A stretch of DNA of 61,727 bases, filler included, from Actinomycetota bacterium (GTDB lineage: Bacteria; Actinomycetota; CADDZG01; JAHWKV01; JAOPZY01), in NCBI GenBank assembly GCA_025963875.1. It is 6 parts of 6 records of this genome, joined end to end, with 100 filler letters (N's around TTAATTAATTAA, not from the genome) between each part and the next. Parts side by side here need not be neighbours in the genome. Positions count along the whole stretch, not along the records: positions 14,485 to 34,677 come from JAOPZY010000036.1; 5 more parts are not named here. One strand, 5' to 3'. The position numbers and the translations under genes are program-made. Positions within the stretch are counted from its first letter, which is position 1, and the number at the start of each line of letters is the position of its first letter. The notes below the pieces were generated by a model. The model made no database searches. It saw only the letters and a program-made list of their open reading frames with translations, and was not told the origin of the DNA. This document shows, one piece after another, positions 19,183 to 29,599 of the stretch.

Positions 19183-20250
19183 CTAGGGCGCCGGCTCGAC
19201 GGTGCCGGCCGCCAGCGCCTCGGCGGCGATCACCGCCTCCATGGCCTTGATCGCCACCTCGATCTGGTCCCGGTCGGGTGCCCGGGTGGTGATCTTCTGC
19301 AGGGCAAGTCCCGGCAGGCTGGCGACGCGGAAGGCCAGGGAATGCTCGTCGCGGGAGGCGGCCCTGATGATCTCATAGCCGAAGGCGGCCAGCAGCGGGA
19401 TGACGAGGATCCTCGCCGCCACCCGGAGCAGCACGACATGCGGCAGGAGAAAGTCGAGCGCCAAGCCGACGAGGATCGTGAGGAACAGGACAATGAACAG
19501 GAAGTTCGTCCCGCACCGCACGTGCAGCGTCGAGTACCGGTCGACCACCTCCGGCTGCAGGGGGTCACCGTTCTCGTAGGCGGCAATCGTCTTGTGCTCG
19601 GCCCCGTGGTACTGGTACACGCGCCGGATGTCGGGGATCAGCGAGATCAGCGTGATGTAGCCCAAGAACAACCCGAGCCGGATGCCGCCCTCGATCAGGT
19701 TCTGACCGAGGGAGGAATTGACCCCGATGACGTGGCCCCCCAGCTTGGTGACGAGGGCCGGAGCGGCGATGAACACCGCAGCGAAGACGGCGATGGCAAT
19801 CCCCATCGTCCAGCCGAGCTGGCGCTCCGAGACCTGGGCTTTCCAGATGTCGTCCGCTCCTGCGGAGCGTTCGACATCCCAGGGGGGATTCGCAGCCGGA
19901 TCCTCTCCGCTCCACTCCGGGGGGCTGCTACTCCCCCCTGGACCCCCCTCCACCTCTCCGCCGGTCAGCGAGTAGCCAGCCGAGATCCTGAGCGCCCGCA
20001 TGCCGATGGCAAGCGACTCGACCACGACGTTGACGCCGCGGATGAAGGGCTTGCGGATCCACGGATGGTCGGCCGGGCTCCACGGCAACGCGTGCGCCTC
20101 GGTCGAGATGCCGCCGTCAGGCCGTCGCACTGCGAGGGCCCAGCGCTGCGGCCCCCGCATCATCACCCCCTCGACGAGGGCCTGACCCCCGATCGAGGGC
20201 TGCCCCCCGCCCGTTCCCTGCCCAGTTCCCGAGAGGGGCTGGCCGCTCAC
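19183..20250 (-). CDS. DUF1385 membrane protein (predicted metal-dependent)
   Basis: [35 protein letters not shown]. Usual position between rpmE and prfA. Confidence 0.9.
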   Translation of the reverse strand: MSGQPLSGTGQGTGGGQPSIGGQALVEGVMMRGPQRWALAVRRPDGGISTEAHALPWSPADHPWIRKPFIRGVNVVVESLAIGMRALRISAGYSLTGGEVEGGPGGSSSPPEWSGEDPAANPPWDVERSAGADDIWKAQVSERQLGWTMGIAIAVFAAVFIAAPALVTKLGGHVIGVNSSLGQNLIEGGIRLGLFLGYITLISLIPDIRRVYQYHGAEHKTIAAYENGDPLQPEVVDRYSTLHVRCGTNFLFIVLFLTILVGLALDFLLPHVVLLRVAARILVIPLLAAFGYEIIRAASRDEHSLAFRVASLPGLALQKITTRAPDRDQIEVAIKAMEAVIAAEALAAGTVEPAP

Positions 20251-20257
20251 CTCAGGC

Positions 20258-20470
20258 TCAGACGCGGGGCGCGCGGCGCCCGTACTTCTTCTCGAAGCGC
20301 TCCACCCGGCCTCCGGTGTCCACGAGCTTCTGCTTGCCCGTGTAGAAGGGGTGGCACTGCGAGCAGATCTCGACCTTCAACTCCGACTTGGTCGACCTGG
20401 TCTGAAACGTGTTCCCGCACGAGCACCGGACGTTCGCCAGCACGTAGTCGGGATGGATCCCTGTCTTCAT
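20258..20470 (-). CDS. rpmE: 50S ribosomal protein L31 (Zn-binding type)
   Basis: [32 protein letters not shown]. Confidence 0.98.
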   Translation of the reverse strand: MKTGIHPDYVLANVRCSCGNTFQTRSTKSELKVEICSQCHPFYTGKQKLVDTGGRVERFEKKYGRRAPRV

Positions 20471-20535
20471 CGTTGTTTCCTCACGTAGACGTCGGTTTAG
20501 GCCCTCATGGTAGCTCGGGCCCGCCGCTCACCCGG

Positions 20536-22572
20536 CTAGTCGCCGATCTGGACCTTCTGGATCTCCTTCAGGAACTGCATGTTGCCCTTGGTCTGGCGCA
20601 TCTTGTCGACCAGCAGCTCCAGGGCGGCCGTCCCGTCGAGGGCGTGCAGCACCCGGCGCAGCTTCCACACCAGGGCCAGCTCCTCCTGGGAGAGCAGGAG
20701 CTCCTCCTTGCGGGTACCCGAGGCCTGGATGTCGATGGCGGGGAAGATGCGCTTCTCCGAGGCACGCCGGTCGAGCTTGAGCTCCCAGTTGCCGGTGCCC
20801 TTGAACTCCTCGAAGATCACCTCGTCCATCCTCGAGCCCGTCTCGACCAGGGCGGTGGCGATGATCGTGAGGCTCCCTCCCTGCTCGATGTTGCGGGCAG
20901 CGCCGAAGAAACGCTTCGGCGGGTAGAGGGCCGTCGAGTCGACACCACCGGACAGGATGCGCCCGGAGGCCGGCGTCGCCAGGTTGTAGGCCCGGGAGAG
21001 CCGGGTGATGCCGTCGAGCAGGATGACGACGTCATTGCCCAGCTCGACGAGGCGCTTGGCCCGGTCGAGGGTGAGCTCGGTGACCTGGATGTGGTCCTCG
21101 GAGGGGCGGTCGAAGGTCGAGAAGACGATCTCGCCCTCCACCGAGCGCTGCATGTCCGTGACCTCTTCGGGCCGCTCGTCGACGAGCAGGACGATGAGGT
21201 GGCACTCCGGGTTGTTGGAGGTGATCGAGTTGGCGATCTGCTTCATGATCGTGGTCTTGCCCGCCTTCGGCGGTGACACGATCATGCCGCGCTGACCTTT
21301 GCCGATCGGCGCCACCAGGTCGATGATCCGCTGCGAGATCTGGCCAGGGTTCTCCGCCAGCTCCATGTGGAGCCGCTCCTCGGGATACAGGGGGGTCAGC
21401 TTCTCGAACCACTTGCGCCCGACGATCTCGTCCGGCAACAGGTCGTCGACCTTGTCGATCCGTACGAGGGCCTGATACTTCTCGCCCTCCTTCGGACGGC
21501 GCACCGCACCCGTGATGTGGTCGCCTCGCCGCAGCTGCGCCCGGCGAACCTGCGACAGCGACACGTAGACGTCCTCCTGGCCGGGCAGGTAGCCGCTCGT
21601 CCGGAGGAAGCCGTAGCCCTCGGGGAGGACGTCGAGGACCCCCGTGCGGACCTCGAGGTCGCCGGTGTCCTCGAACTCCGGCTCCCGCCGTGGGCGGTCC
21701 ATGCGATCGCCCATCCGCTCGGGCGCCCCGCCTCCTTGGGACCCTTGGCGGTCATTGCCCCGGTCCGGGCGCTGCTCCGGGCGCTCCGGGCGGTCGCCTG
21801 GGCGCTGCTCCGGGCGGTCGCCACCGCGCTCACGGCGACGGCGGCGGCGTCCCCGGTCCCGCTCGCGGACGCCCTCGCCGTCACGCCGGTACTCCGGCCG
21901 CGTGTCGGGAGAGCCCTGCGGCGGCGCCTGGGTGGACGCCTCCGGTGAGGCTCCGCTCGATCCATCGGCCCCGTCCTGCGTGGTCGCGGCGGGAGCCGGG
22001 CCGTCCCCGTTGGCCTGGACCGTGCCAGGGCTGGGCGCCTCGTACTCGCGGCTGGTGGTGTGCACAGCGGAGCCCCCGTTTGCGCCGGCAGGCGCCGGCG
22101 CAGCAGTCTCAGCCGGCGCTCCGGTGGGAGCGCCGGGCGTGACGGCAGCGGAGGTCGACGCCTCGGCAACGGATGGCGCCTCCGATGGAGCCTCCTGGGG
22201 TCCAGCGGGCACCGGCACCTCCGTCGGGGGGGTGTCAGGGCTGCGCTGAGGTTCGGGGGCGCGTCCCGTCCAGGGGCCGGCCGCCGGTGCCTGTGAGCCG
22301 CCGTTGGCGGTAGGAGCGCCGTTGGCAGGACCATCGTGGATCGCCTCGTCGTGGCGGACGCCGTTGGCGGTGCCCGCCGTGGCGCCATTGCCAATTGGTG
22401 AGGGAGCAGGCGAGCTCGAAGGCTGCGGAGCGATGCCAAGAATGGCGTCGATCAACTCCGCCTTCTTCCGCTTCTTGGGGTCCTTGACCCCCACCTGCTC
22501 CGCAATGGCCTGGAGCTCGGAAACGAGCTTACCGGCCAGTAGGGACCGGTTCTGCGTCTGGGACTCATCCAT
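20536..22572 (-). CDS. rho: Transcription termination factor Rho with a long N-terminal insertion
   Basis: [57 protein letters not shown] before ATG 22572. Confidence 0.97.
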   Translation of the reverse strand: MDESQTQNRSLLAGKLVSELQAIAEQVGVKDPKKRKKAELIDAILGIAPQPSSSPAPSPIGNGATAGTANGVRHDEAIHDGPANGAPTANGGSQAPAAGPWTGRAPEPQRSPDTPPTEVPVPAGPQEAPSEAPSVAEASTSAAVTPGAPTGAPAETAAPAPAGANGGSAVHTTSREYEAPSPGTVQANGDGPAPAATTQDGADGSSGASPEASTQAPPQGSPDTRPEYRRDGEGVRERDRGRRRRRRERGGDRPEQRPGDRPERPEQRPDRGNDRQGSQGGGAPERMGDRMDRPRREPEFEDTGDLEVRTGVLDVLPEGYGFLRTSGYLPGQEDVYVSLSQVRRAQLRRGDHITGAVRRPKEGEKYQALVRIDKVDDLLPDEIVGRKWFEKLTPLYPEERLHMELAENPGQISQRIIDLVAPIGKGQRGMIVSPPKAGKTTIMKQIANSITSNNPECHLIVLLVDERPEEVTDMQRSVEGEIVFSTFDRPSEDHIQVTELTLDRAKRLVELGNDVVILLDGITRLSRAYNLATPASGRILSGGVDSTALYPPKRFFGAARNIEQGGSLTIIATALVETGSRMDEVIFEEFKGTGNWELKLDRRASEKRIFPAIDIQASGTRKEELLLSQEELALVWKLRRVLHALDGTAALELLVDKMRQTKGNMQFLKEIQKVQIGD

Positions 22573-22952
22573 TCGTTCCCGTCTCCTTTCTTGTTGTCGG
22601 TCGTCCCTGCCTGGGACGAATTGGTTTTGATTGGGCACGCCGGTTCGGGCCGGCCCTGCCTCGTATGTTCAGCATTTTCTCTTTCATTTCTTCAGCAGCG
22701 GCTTCATCTGCCGCTTCGACTGGTAGTTGAGCGGGCGCCGGGTGAGGGGGCTCGGGGGTTCTCCCCCAGGAGGCACATGGGGCATCGGCTACCGGGATGG
22801 TGGTCGCGAGCGGCCCGGGGCTGCAGGAATCGAGGATGCAGGCTTGACGTCCCCTCCGGCGGCCCCGAGTTGGACCCGAATCGGATCCAGGGGCGTTCCT
22901 CACTATTCCATATCTTGCGAACACGGGTCCGACCTTGAAGGTCTTGAAGGTT

Positions 22953-24026
22953 TTACCCCTTTCTTCTTGCTCCGAGCAGTTCCCAGCTCTTGAGACGAGG
23001 CACCCTTCCTGGAATCTGTGACCCCACGAGCCCCCCGTCCTCCCCCGATTCCGCCGCCGAACCCGCATCCGCACGCTCGGGTTGGGGCTCAACCTCGCTC
23101 CGTGCCTGGGCCTTTGCCAGCGCCTTGGCGACCACGATGGCGGCGATCTGCTGGAGGGTGGAGTCGAGGTCGAACATCTCGACCACAGGCGCCCCCGCCC
23201 GTTCGGCCAGACCGACGATGTAGCTCTGTAACGCTCGAATCTTCTCGAAGTTGTCCAGATATCGGTCCCGTGGCCGCGATCGGGTCTCGAGCGCCCGCAT
23301 GGCGAAATGGGATCGGTGCATCTCGACATCGGAGACGGCGATGACGACCGGCACCAGCACCGCCTGGTCGAATTCTTCCTCCCAGCCTTCCAGAAAACCT
23401 GGAACGACGTGGGCTCCCTCCACAATGATATCCGTTCCTTCCTCGAGTGCACGGGCGATCAGCGCCTTGATGCCCACGGACACCGCGGTGACCTGTTCCT
23501 GAAACCCGACGATGAGCTGTTCTGACCGGGAGGAGATCGGCACCCGCAGCGCCTCGTCGGCGTTGAAGGAGGAGACGTAGAGGGTGGGGATGAGCTTCTG
23601 CGAGAACGCCGCCCGCAGGACCTCCCGGATGGCATCGGTCGAAATCACCCTGGTAATACCCAGCCGGGCCGCGAGCTGCGTGGCGATGGTCGACTTGCCG
23701 ACGCCGGTGGCGCCCCCGAGCAGGATGATCAGGGGTTCGTCCAGTTCCTCGACCGCCTGCCACTGGAGATACGTGCTGGCGTGGCGCTCGTCGATCTCTG
23801 CCAGCAGCAACGCTGCCAGGTTCCGCAGCTCCGCGCTGGTGATCTGGCGAACCCCCCGCTCGTTCAGGTCCTGCTCCACTTTCTCGGCAACCCGGTACGC
23901 CTGGGCAGGCGGGACCCCGGCCATCATGACCGACGAGGCCATCAGGCCCTTGGAGTACGGCAGCCCGTGGGTCGTGTCGGAAATGACGATGTGGGCGGCC
24001 TGCCCCGCCGGGCGGCGCAACCTCAT
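22953..24026 (-). CDS. pgk2: 2-phosphoglycerate kinase (ATP-cone-like + P-loop)
   Basis: PYSKGLMA, GGATGVGKSTIA, ISTDAIRE, IIVEGAHVVPG, RYLDNFEKIR. ATGA-coupled to cpgS. Confidence 0.85.
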   Translation of the reverse strand: MRLRRPAGQAAHIVISDTTHGLPYSKGLMASSVMMAGVPPAQAYRVAEKVEQDLNERGVRQITSAELRNLAALLLAEIDERHASTYLQWQAVEELDEPLIILLGGATGVGKSTIATQLAARLGITRVISTDAIREVLRAAFSQKLIPTLYVSSFNADEALRVPISSRSEQLIVGFQEQVTAVSVGIKALIARALEEGTDIIVEGAHVVPGFLEGWEEEFDQAVLVPVVIAVSDVEMHRSHFAMRALETRSRPRDRYLDNFEKIRALQSYIVGLAERAGAPVVEMFDLDSTLQQIAAIVVAKALAKAQARSEVEPQPERADAGSAAESGEDGGLVGSQIPGRVPRLKSWELLGARRKG

Positions 24027-25396
24027 AGGCCGAACCGCTCCTTCGCCGAGCGGGCGACCTCGAGCAGCAGTTCCTCCAGCGGCCCATCTCCGCCCACCGT
24101 CTCCGGGCGGTTGTCCACGTAGATCACCTCGATACCACGCTCCATCCCCCATCGGGTCACGACGTCGACCGCCGCGGCCTTCAGCTCCACCACCAGTGCA
24201 TCGACACCGCCGGGCGACGCCTGGGCCTCGAGATCCCCCCGCAGGGCATCCCGGCGCGCCAAGTCGTGGCTGACCGCGACAACGTCGCAACCATAGGTGC
24301 TTTCCAAATGTTGTTTGAGCGACGGTCCTGCCCGTTCAATCGCCGTAGTACCGAACCAGATCCTCTTTCCTGAGACGTCGGCTAGGGGATGGGGACGAAA
24401 GACCGTGCAAACAACCTTTGGATGGCTGAGGGGTCTCCTGCGAGCACAACGCTCAACCGCCGCCAACTGGCTCCGGTCAAGGGTCTCTTCACACATTGTA
24501 AGCACCACAAGGTCCGCAAGCAACAATCTGTACAAGCCGAAATACCCGCAGAGGTGCTCGGGATCGATGCCGGCGTCCGCGACGAGCACGCCGGCATCGA
24601 AGGCGGAGGGGGGAATCGCCGCCCCGCTGCCCTCCAGGACGAGGAGGCCGGGCTTCAGATCTTCGGCCACGGCGAGGGCTCTCGGGAAGTTGGAGTAGGC
24701 CATCGCGCCCGCCAGGCCCCCTCCCGCCCGCCAGGCCCCGACCGTTGCCACTCGCGCGGTCAGGGCGTCCTCGATGTAGTCACTGGCAGCATGGCGCCCA
24801 GCCTCCAGGAACCCGAGGAGGGTGGCGGCGTCGAGCTGCGTCCCGGCGTCGATGACCTCCGGCTCGGGCGGGCCGCCCCTGCCCATGGCGACGACCACGG
24901 GGTTCAGCCCCGCGTCCCGCCACGTCCGGGCGGCCGTCCCGGCGATCGCGGTCTTGCCCGTGCGTTTCCCCGTCCCGATGACCGCCACCGACGGAGCTGC
25001 CGGCCGCAGGGAGCGGTCCGGCGGCGTGAACGAGAAGTCGGCTCCGATGTAGGCGGCCCCCGACCACAGGGCCACCGATGCCATCCGGCACCGCTCGGTG
25101 TAGCCGAGCACCGGCTCGTCCGACAGATCCAGCACCCGCCGGGCGCCGGTGGCGTGGATGAGCTCCACGAGTCCGGCAAGGGCGGATTCGGGGTCGGCGA
25201 AGGCGGTGACCGGCACGCCGACCTCGAGCGGCACCTGGCCCAGCTTCTCGCCACCGCCAACGAGCAGGGCGGCCACGGGATCCTCCCCCTCGGCCCGCAG
25301 GGCGGCGATGGCTCTGGCGGTGACCGGTGGGTAGTGCTCCCCGTCGATCAGGACGACGGAGCGCGGCAGTGGTGGCCCTGCCTGGCTACGGCTCAT
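24023..25396 (-). CDS. cpgS: Cyclic 2,3-diphosphoglycerate synthetase
   Basis: LIDGEHYPP, GGGEK, DLSDEPV, GTGKRTGKTA, AMGRGGP, HAASDYIEDA, GGGLAG, LEGSGAA, ELKAAAVD. Confidence 0.9.
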   Translation of the reverse strand: MSRSQAGPPLPRSVVLIDGEHYPPVTARAIAALRAEGEDPVAALLVGGGEKLGQVPLEVGVPVTAFADPESALAGLVELIHATGARRVLDLSDEPVLGYTERCRMASVALWSGAAYIGADFSFTPPDRSLRPAAPSVAVIGTGKRTGKTAIAGTAARTWRDAGLNPVVVAMGRGGPPEPEVIDAGTQLDAATLLGFLEAGRHAASDYIEDALTARVATVGAWRAGGGLAGAMAYSNFPRALAVAEDLKPGLLVLEGSGAAIPPSAFDAGVLVADAGIDPEHLCGYFGLYRLLLADLVVLTMCEETLDRSQLAAVERCARRRPLSHPKVVCTVFRPHPLADVSGKRIWFGTTAIERAGPSLKQHLESTYGCDVVAVSHDLARRDALRGDLEAQASPGGVDALVVELKAAAVDVVTRWGMERGIEVIYVDNRPETVGGDGPLEELLLEVARSAKERFGL

Positions 25397-25404
25397 CCGA
25401 CTCC

Positions 25405-27636
25405 CTATCCCTCCATCAGGACGCGGATATCGCCCTCGCGCTCGGTCATCGAGAAGGTCGTCATCTCCCCCTGCCGGGTGAACACCAGCGACAGCCGGGA
25501 ATCGCCGACTCGGAGATTGCGCCATTCCAAGCTGTTCAGCCACTCGGGGAGCGCCGGCTTGTTCACCGTGACGAGGCCCCGGTCCGCTCGGGCCGAGATG
25601 CCGAGCATCGACTGGAGCAGCAGGAACGGGCTCGCCGCCGCCCATGCCTGCGGGGAGCAGGCCACCGGGTACCGCACCGGCGTGGCGGGCGCCCGGCGCG
25701 TGAACCCGCAGAACAACTCGGGGAGCCGGAAATATTCCATGTGCAGGGCGGTGTCGAAGAGCCCGGTGGCCACCCGCAGCGTGGAACGGTCGTAGCCGTA
25801 GCGCTTGAGGCCGGCCGCGACGAGGGCATTGTCGTGCGGCCACACCGAGCCGTTGTGGTAGCTCATCGGGTTGTAGGCGACTTCCTTTTTCGACATGGTC
25901 CGGATCCCCCAGCCGCTGAACATGTCCGGCGCCATCAGCCGCTCCGCCAAGGGGCCGGCCTTGGACTTGTCGATGAAGTCGCAGTAGAGGCCGTGCCCCG
26001 GGTTCGTCGTCACCGTGGTGACCTGCCGCTTCTCCCCGTCGAGCGCCAGGGCGAAATACTGCTCGTCGTCGACCCAGAAATCCCGGTTGAAGCGCGTCTT
26101 CAACGCCGCGGCATCCCGCTCGAGGCGGGCGGCGGTGGCGTGTTCCCCGAGCAGGGCGTAGATCTCTGCCATCCGCTGCTTCGCCATGTACACGTAGCCC
26201 TGGACCTCGGCCAGGGCGATGGGGGGTGGGGCGAGGGTGCCGTCCGCATGGACGATGGCGTTGCCGGAGTCCTTCCAGCCCTGGTTGCGCAGGCCCCGCG
26301 GCGAGCGGCGGATGTACTCGACGTAGCCGTCGCCGTCGAAGTCTCCGTAGCGGTCGATCCACGCCAGCGCGCGGTCGAAGACATCCTTGAGCTGCATGAT
26401 CGTGGAGAGATCGTTGGTCCAGCGGAAGTAGGCGGCCGCCAGCATCAGGTACAGGGGCGTGGCGTCAACCGTGCCGTAGTAGGGGGTGTGGGGGATGTAG
26501 TCGGCGCGGGCGAGCTCCCCCTGGCGGATCTCGTGGAGCACCTTGCCCGGCTCCTCGTCGCGCCACGGGTCGTTCTGGGTGCCCAGCAGGCGGCCAAGGA
26601 GGTGCAGTGTCCAGCGGGCGGGCTCGGGGTTGACCGCGAGGATCTGGTAGGAGGCCAGGATGGCGTCGCGCCCGAACGGCGCCACGTACCAGGGGATCCC
26701 CGCCGCCAGAAACTCGCCGAACTGCGTCCTCGTCAGCAGTGCCCGCAGGTCGCGGATGCCCCGCAGCACCAGGGAGTCGAACAACTTGTTGTCGGTGCGG
26801 ATCTGGGAACAGTCCTGCTCCCACTCCTCGTAGGACCGCCGGGTCCGGGCGACGGCGGTGGAGAATTCGTCGAGGCGCCGCCGTTCGCCGTCGATGATCG
26901 GTTCGAAGGCCACCGACATGGTACGGGTCGACTGGGCCTCGAGGGCCAGGTCGAAGCGAACCCGGACGGTGTCGCCCTCCACGTCGACCACCGTCGGCTT
27001 GTCGCCGAAGGTGATCCACGTCTCCCGGAAGGACTCGTCGAGACCGAGGTAGGCGAGCTTCACGACCGCCCCGTCCACGAGCGGGACGAAGCACGTCCCG
27101 CGCCGCTCCCGCATCAGGCCCCGCACCTCGAAGAGGTCGAGGAAGTCGGCAGCCAGCGTGAACTCGAGCGCCACGTTGACGGGGAAGGCGTTGAAGTTCT
27201 TGATCCGCATCCGCTCCAGGACGCGGTCGGCCACGGCCCGGATGCGGCGGATGTTGACGGTCTGGGCGGGGACCGCGAGCACATCGCCTTCCCAGAGATC
27301 GGGGTTGGTGAGGTCGACGTAGCTGAGGTGCGCCCGCTCGGCGGAGGACGAGAGCAGGACCGGATCGGCGCCGCTGATCCGGAACTCGAAGCGGGACAGG
27401 AACCTGGTGTCCCGGTAGTAGACCCCCATCCCCACGGTGTTGGGGACCGAGAGGTCGCCCTGCTGATCCGAGCAGACGAAGGTCTCGCCCTCCTTCACCG
27501 AGAGCAGCTGCTGGTGGGTCTCGACCCGGACCTCCCCACCGGACGGGCTCCCGGCGGCGTCGCCCGGCAACGGGTCGTACGCGTCGCCCAGCGTGCTCGT
27601 GTACCGACCCGATCCCGGGCGCTCGGCGACCTGCAC
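25405..27636 (-). CDS. Amylo-alpha-1,6-glucosidase / glycogen-debranching-like glycosidase
   Basis: YYRDTRFLS, ADFLDLFEVRG, AGIPWY..PFGRD, EEPGKVLHE, YYGTVDAT, NQGWKDS, YHNGSVWPHDN, PELFCG, CSPQAWA. Start approximate. Confidence 0.9.
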   Translation of the reverse strand: MQVAERPGSGRYTSTLGDAYDPLPGDAAGSPSGGEVRVETHQQLLSVKEGETFVCSDQQGDLSVPNTVGMGVYYRDTRFLSRFEFRISGADPVLLSSSAERAHLSYVDLTNPDLWEGDVLAVPAQTVNIRRIRAVADRVLERMRIKNFNAFPVNVALEFTLAADFLDLFEVRGLMRERRGTCFVPLVDGAVVKLAYLGLDESFRETWITFGDKPTVVDVEGDTVRVRFDLALEAQSTRTMSVAFEPIIDGERRRLDEFSTAVARTRRSYEEWEQDCSQIRTDNKLFDSLVLRGIRDLRALLTRTQFGEFLAAGIPWYVAPFGRDAILASYQILAVNPEPARWTLHLLGRLLGTQNDPWRDEEPGKVLHEIRQGELARADYIPHTPYYGTVDATPLYLMLAAAYFRWTNDLSTIMQLKDVFDRALAWIDRYGDFDGDGYVEYIRRSPRGLRNQGWKDSGNAIVHADGTLAPPPIALAEVQGYVYMAKQRMAEIYALLGEHATAARLERDAAALKTRFNRDFWVDDEQYFALALDGEKRQVTTVTTNPGHGLYCDFIDKSKAGPLAERLMAPDMFSGWGIRTMSKKEVAYNPMSYHNGSVWPHDNALVAAGLKRYGYDRSTLRVATGLFDTALHMEYFRLPELFCGFTRRAPATPVRYPVACSPQAWAAASPFLLLQSMLGISARADRGLVTVNKPALPEWLNSLEWRNLRVGDSRLSLVFTRQGEMTTFSMTEREGDIRVLMEG

Positions 27637-27662
27637 GCCCTGCGCCGAGTCTGGAGCGGACC

Positions 27663-28526
27663 TCACCGTACCTGTGCCCCCTGCACATCCCACCCCGGCA
27701 CGATGACCTCCCAGCCCGCGGGCAGCAACGTCCGGGCGAATGCCACCGCGTCCTCGATTGCATCCGACGGCGAGAGGCAGACCACCGAGGGACCGGCGCC
27801 GGACAGCGCCGCAGCGACGCCCTTGGCACGGAGCCCCTGGTGCAGGTCGAGGGTCTCGGGCAGCAGGGGAAGCCGGTACGGCTCGTGAATACGGTCGGCG
27901 GTGGCCATCATGAGGGCCGCAGGGTCTTCGACCCCATTCAGCACCGCCACGAGGGTTGCGGTGGCCGCGGCATTGGCGACGGCGTCGGCACGGGGCACCT
28001 CCCCCGGCAACGTCCGGCGGGATTCGGCGGTGACGGAGCGGTCGGGCGCCACGAGGACGAACGGCAGCACCCCAGGGGCCGGCGTGAACCGGATCCACCC
28101 GTCGGCAGAGGCAAGCACGAGGCCCCCGAACATTGCCGGCAGCACGTTGTCGGCGTGGCCCTCGATGCGGATGGCCAGACGGGCCAGGTCGGAGTCGGCC
28201 ACGTCGAGGTCGCCCGCGGCGCGCGCCGCCACAAGCCCGCCGACGATCGCCGCGGCGCTCGCCCCGAGGCCCCGGCCCTGCGGGTAGGCACCGAGCACCT
28301 CGATGCGCACCGGCGGCGCCTCCTGCCCCACCGCGGCGTACACGGAGACGAAGGCCCGGAGCGTCAGGTCGTCCTCGACCGGGATCGACGGGTCGCCGCC
28401 CACGATCTCAACCTTGTCCGCGAGCGAGATGCTCAGCTCGAGGTGAACCCCGACCGCGACCCCCAGGCAGTCAAAGCCCGGCCCGAGGTTGGCTACGGTG
28501 GCAGGCACCCGGACGTCGACACCCAT
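27663..28526 (-). CDS. thrB: Homoserine kinase
   Basis: VPATVANLGPGFDCLG, PQGRGLGASAAA, EGHADN, SGAGPS. Confidence 0.95.
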   Translation of the reverse strand: MGVDVRVPATVANLGPGFDCLGVAVGVHLELSISLADKVEIVGGDPSIPVEDDLTLRAFVSVYAAVGQEAPPVRIEVLGAYPQGRGLGASAAAIVGGLVAARAAGDLDVADSDLARLAIRIEGHADNVLPAMFGGLVLASADGWIRFTPAPGVLPFVLVAPDRSVTAESRRTLPGEVPRADAVANAAATATLVAVLNGVEDPAALMMATADRIHEPYRLPLLPETLDLHQGLRAKGVAAALSGAGPSVVCLSPSDAIEDAVAFARTLLPAGWEVIVPGWDVQGAQVR

Positions 28527-28539
28527 CAGAGGTCCCCGC

Positions 28540-29592
28540 TCAAAACCCGATGGCCTGGGCGACCTCGTCGACGTGGGGTCCGACCTGCCGTGGCGGTGGC
28601 GCCCCGGCGATAGCCCAGTCGGGGTCCTTCAGCCCGTTGCCGGTGAGGACGCACACGGCGACACCGCTCCGCGGCAGGTTCCCCGCCGCGTGGAGCTGCA
28701 GCAGACCCGCCACCGAGGCAGCCGAGGCGAGCTCGCAGAAGAGGCCCTCCTCGCGGGCGATGAGGCGGTAGGCATCGAGGATGTCCTTGTCCCGAACCGC
28801 CGCGATCGCACCCCCAGAGTCGGCGGCGGCGCTGGTGGCCCCGTCCCACGATGCCGGGTTTCCGATGCGGATGGCGGTCGCGATGGTCCTCGGGTCCTCG
28901 ACGGGGTGCCCCTTGACCAGGGGCGAGGCGCCCGCCGCCTGGAAGCCGAGCATCCTGGGCAGCGAGGAGATGATGCCGTCCTGGCGGTACTCGCGGTAGC
29001 CCTTCCAGTAGGAGGTGATGTTGCCGGCGTTGCCGACGGGGATGAGGTGCAGGTCGGGCGCCCTCCCGAGCGCGTCGCAGACTTCGAACGCCCCGGTCTT
29101 CTGCCCCTCGATGCGATACGGGTTGATCGAGTTCACCAGCGTGACCGGATAGTTGGCCTCCAGCTTGCGGGTCAGGTCGAGGGCCTGGTCGAAGTTGCCG
29201 TCGAGCTCGATGACCCTGGCGCCGTGGACCAGTGCCTGGGCAAGCTTGCCGGGCGCCACCTTTCCCTTCGGGATGAGCACGGCGCAGACGATCCCTGCCC
29301 GGGCCGCGTACGCAGCCGCCGAGGCCGACGTGTTGCCCGTGGAGGCGCAGGCAATGGCCTTTGCCCCGCCCTCCACTGCCTTCGAGACCGCGACGGTCAT
29401 GCCGCGGTCTTTGAACGACCCGGTGGGGTTGGCGCCCTCGAACTTGAGGTAGACGTCGAGCCCGGTGACCTGCGAGAGGTGGTGGGCCCTGAGCAACGGC
29501 GTGTCGCCCTCCTGGAGCGTCACCACCGGCGTGGCTTCGGAGACGGGAAGACGGGCCCGGAACTCCTCGATGATCCCCCGCCACAGGCCCAC
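28540..29592 (-). CDS. thrC: Threonine synthase
   Basis: [37 protein letters not shown]. Confidence 0.96.
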   Translation of the reverse strand: MGLWRGIIEEFRARLPVSEATPVVTLQEGDTPLLRAHHLSQVTGLDVYLKFEGANPTGSFKDRGMTVAVSKAVEGGAKAIACASTGNTSASAAAYAARAGIVCAVLIPKGKVAPGKLAQALVHGARVIELDGNFDQALDLTRKLEANYPVTLVNSINPYRIEGQKTGAFEVCDALGRAPDLHLIPVGNAGNITSYWKGYREYRQDGIISSLPRMLGFQAAGASPLVKGHPVEDPRTIATAIRIGNPASWDGATSAAADSGGAIAAVRDKDILDAYRLIAREEGLFCELASAASVAGLLQLHAAGNLPRSGVAVCVLTGNGLKDPDWAIAGAPPPRQVGPHVDEVAQAIGF

Positions 29593-29599
29593 GGACGCC

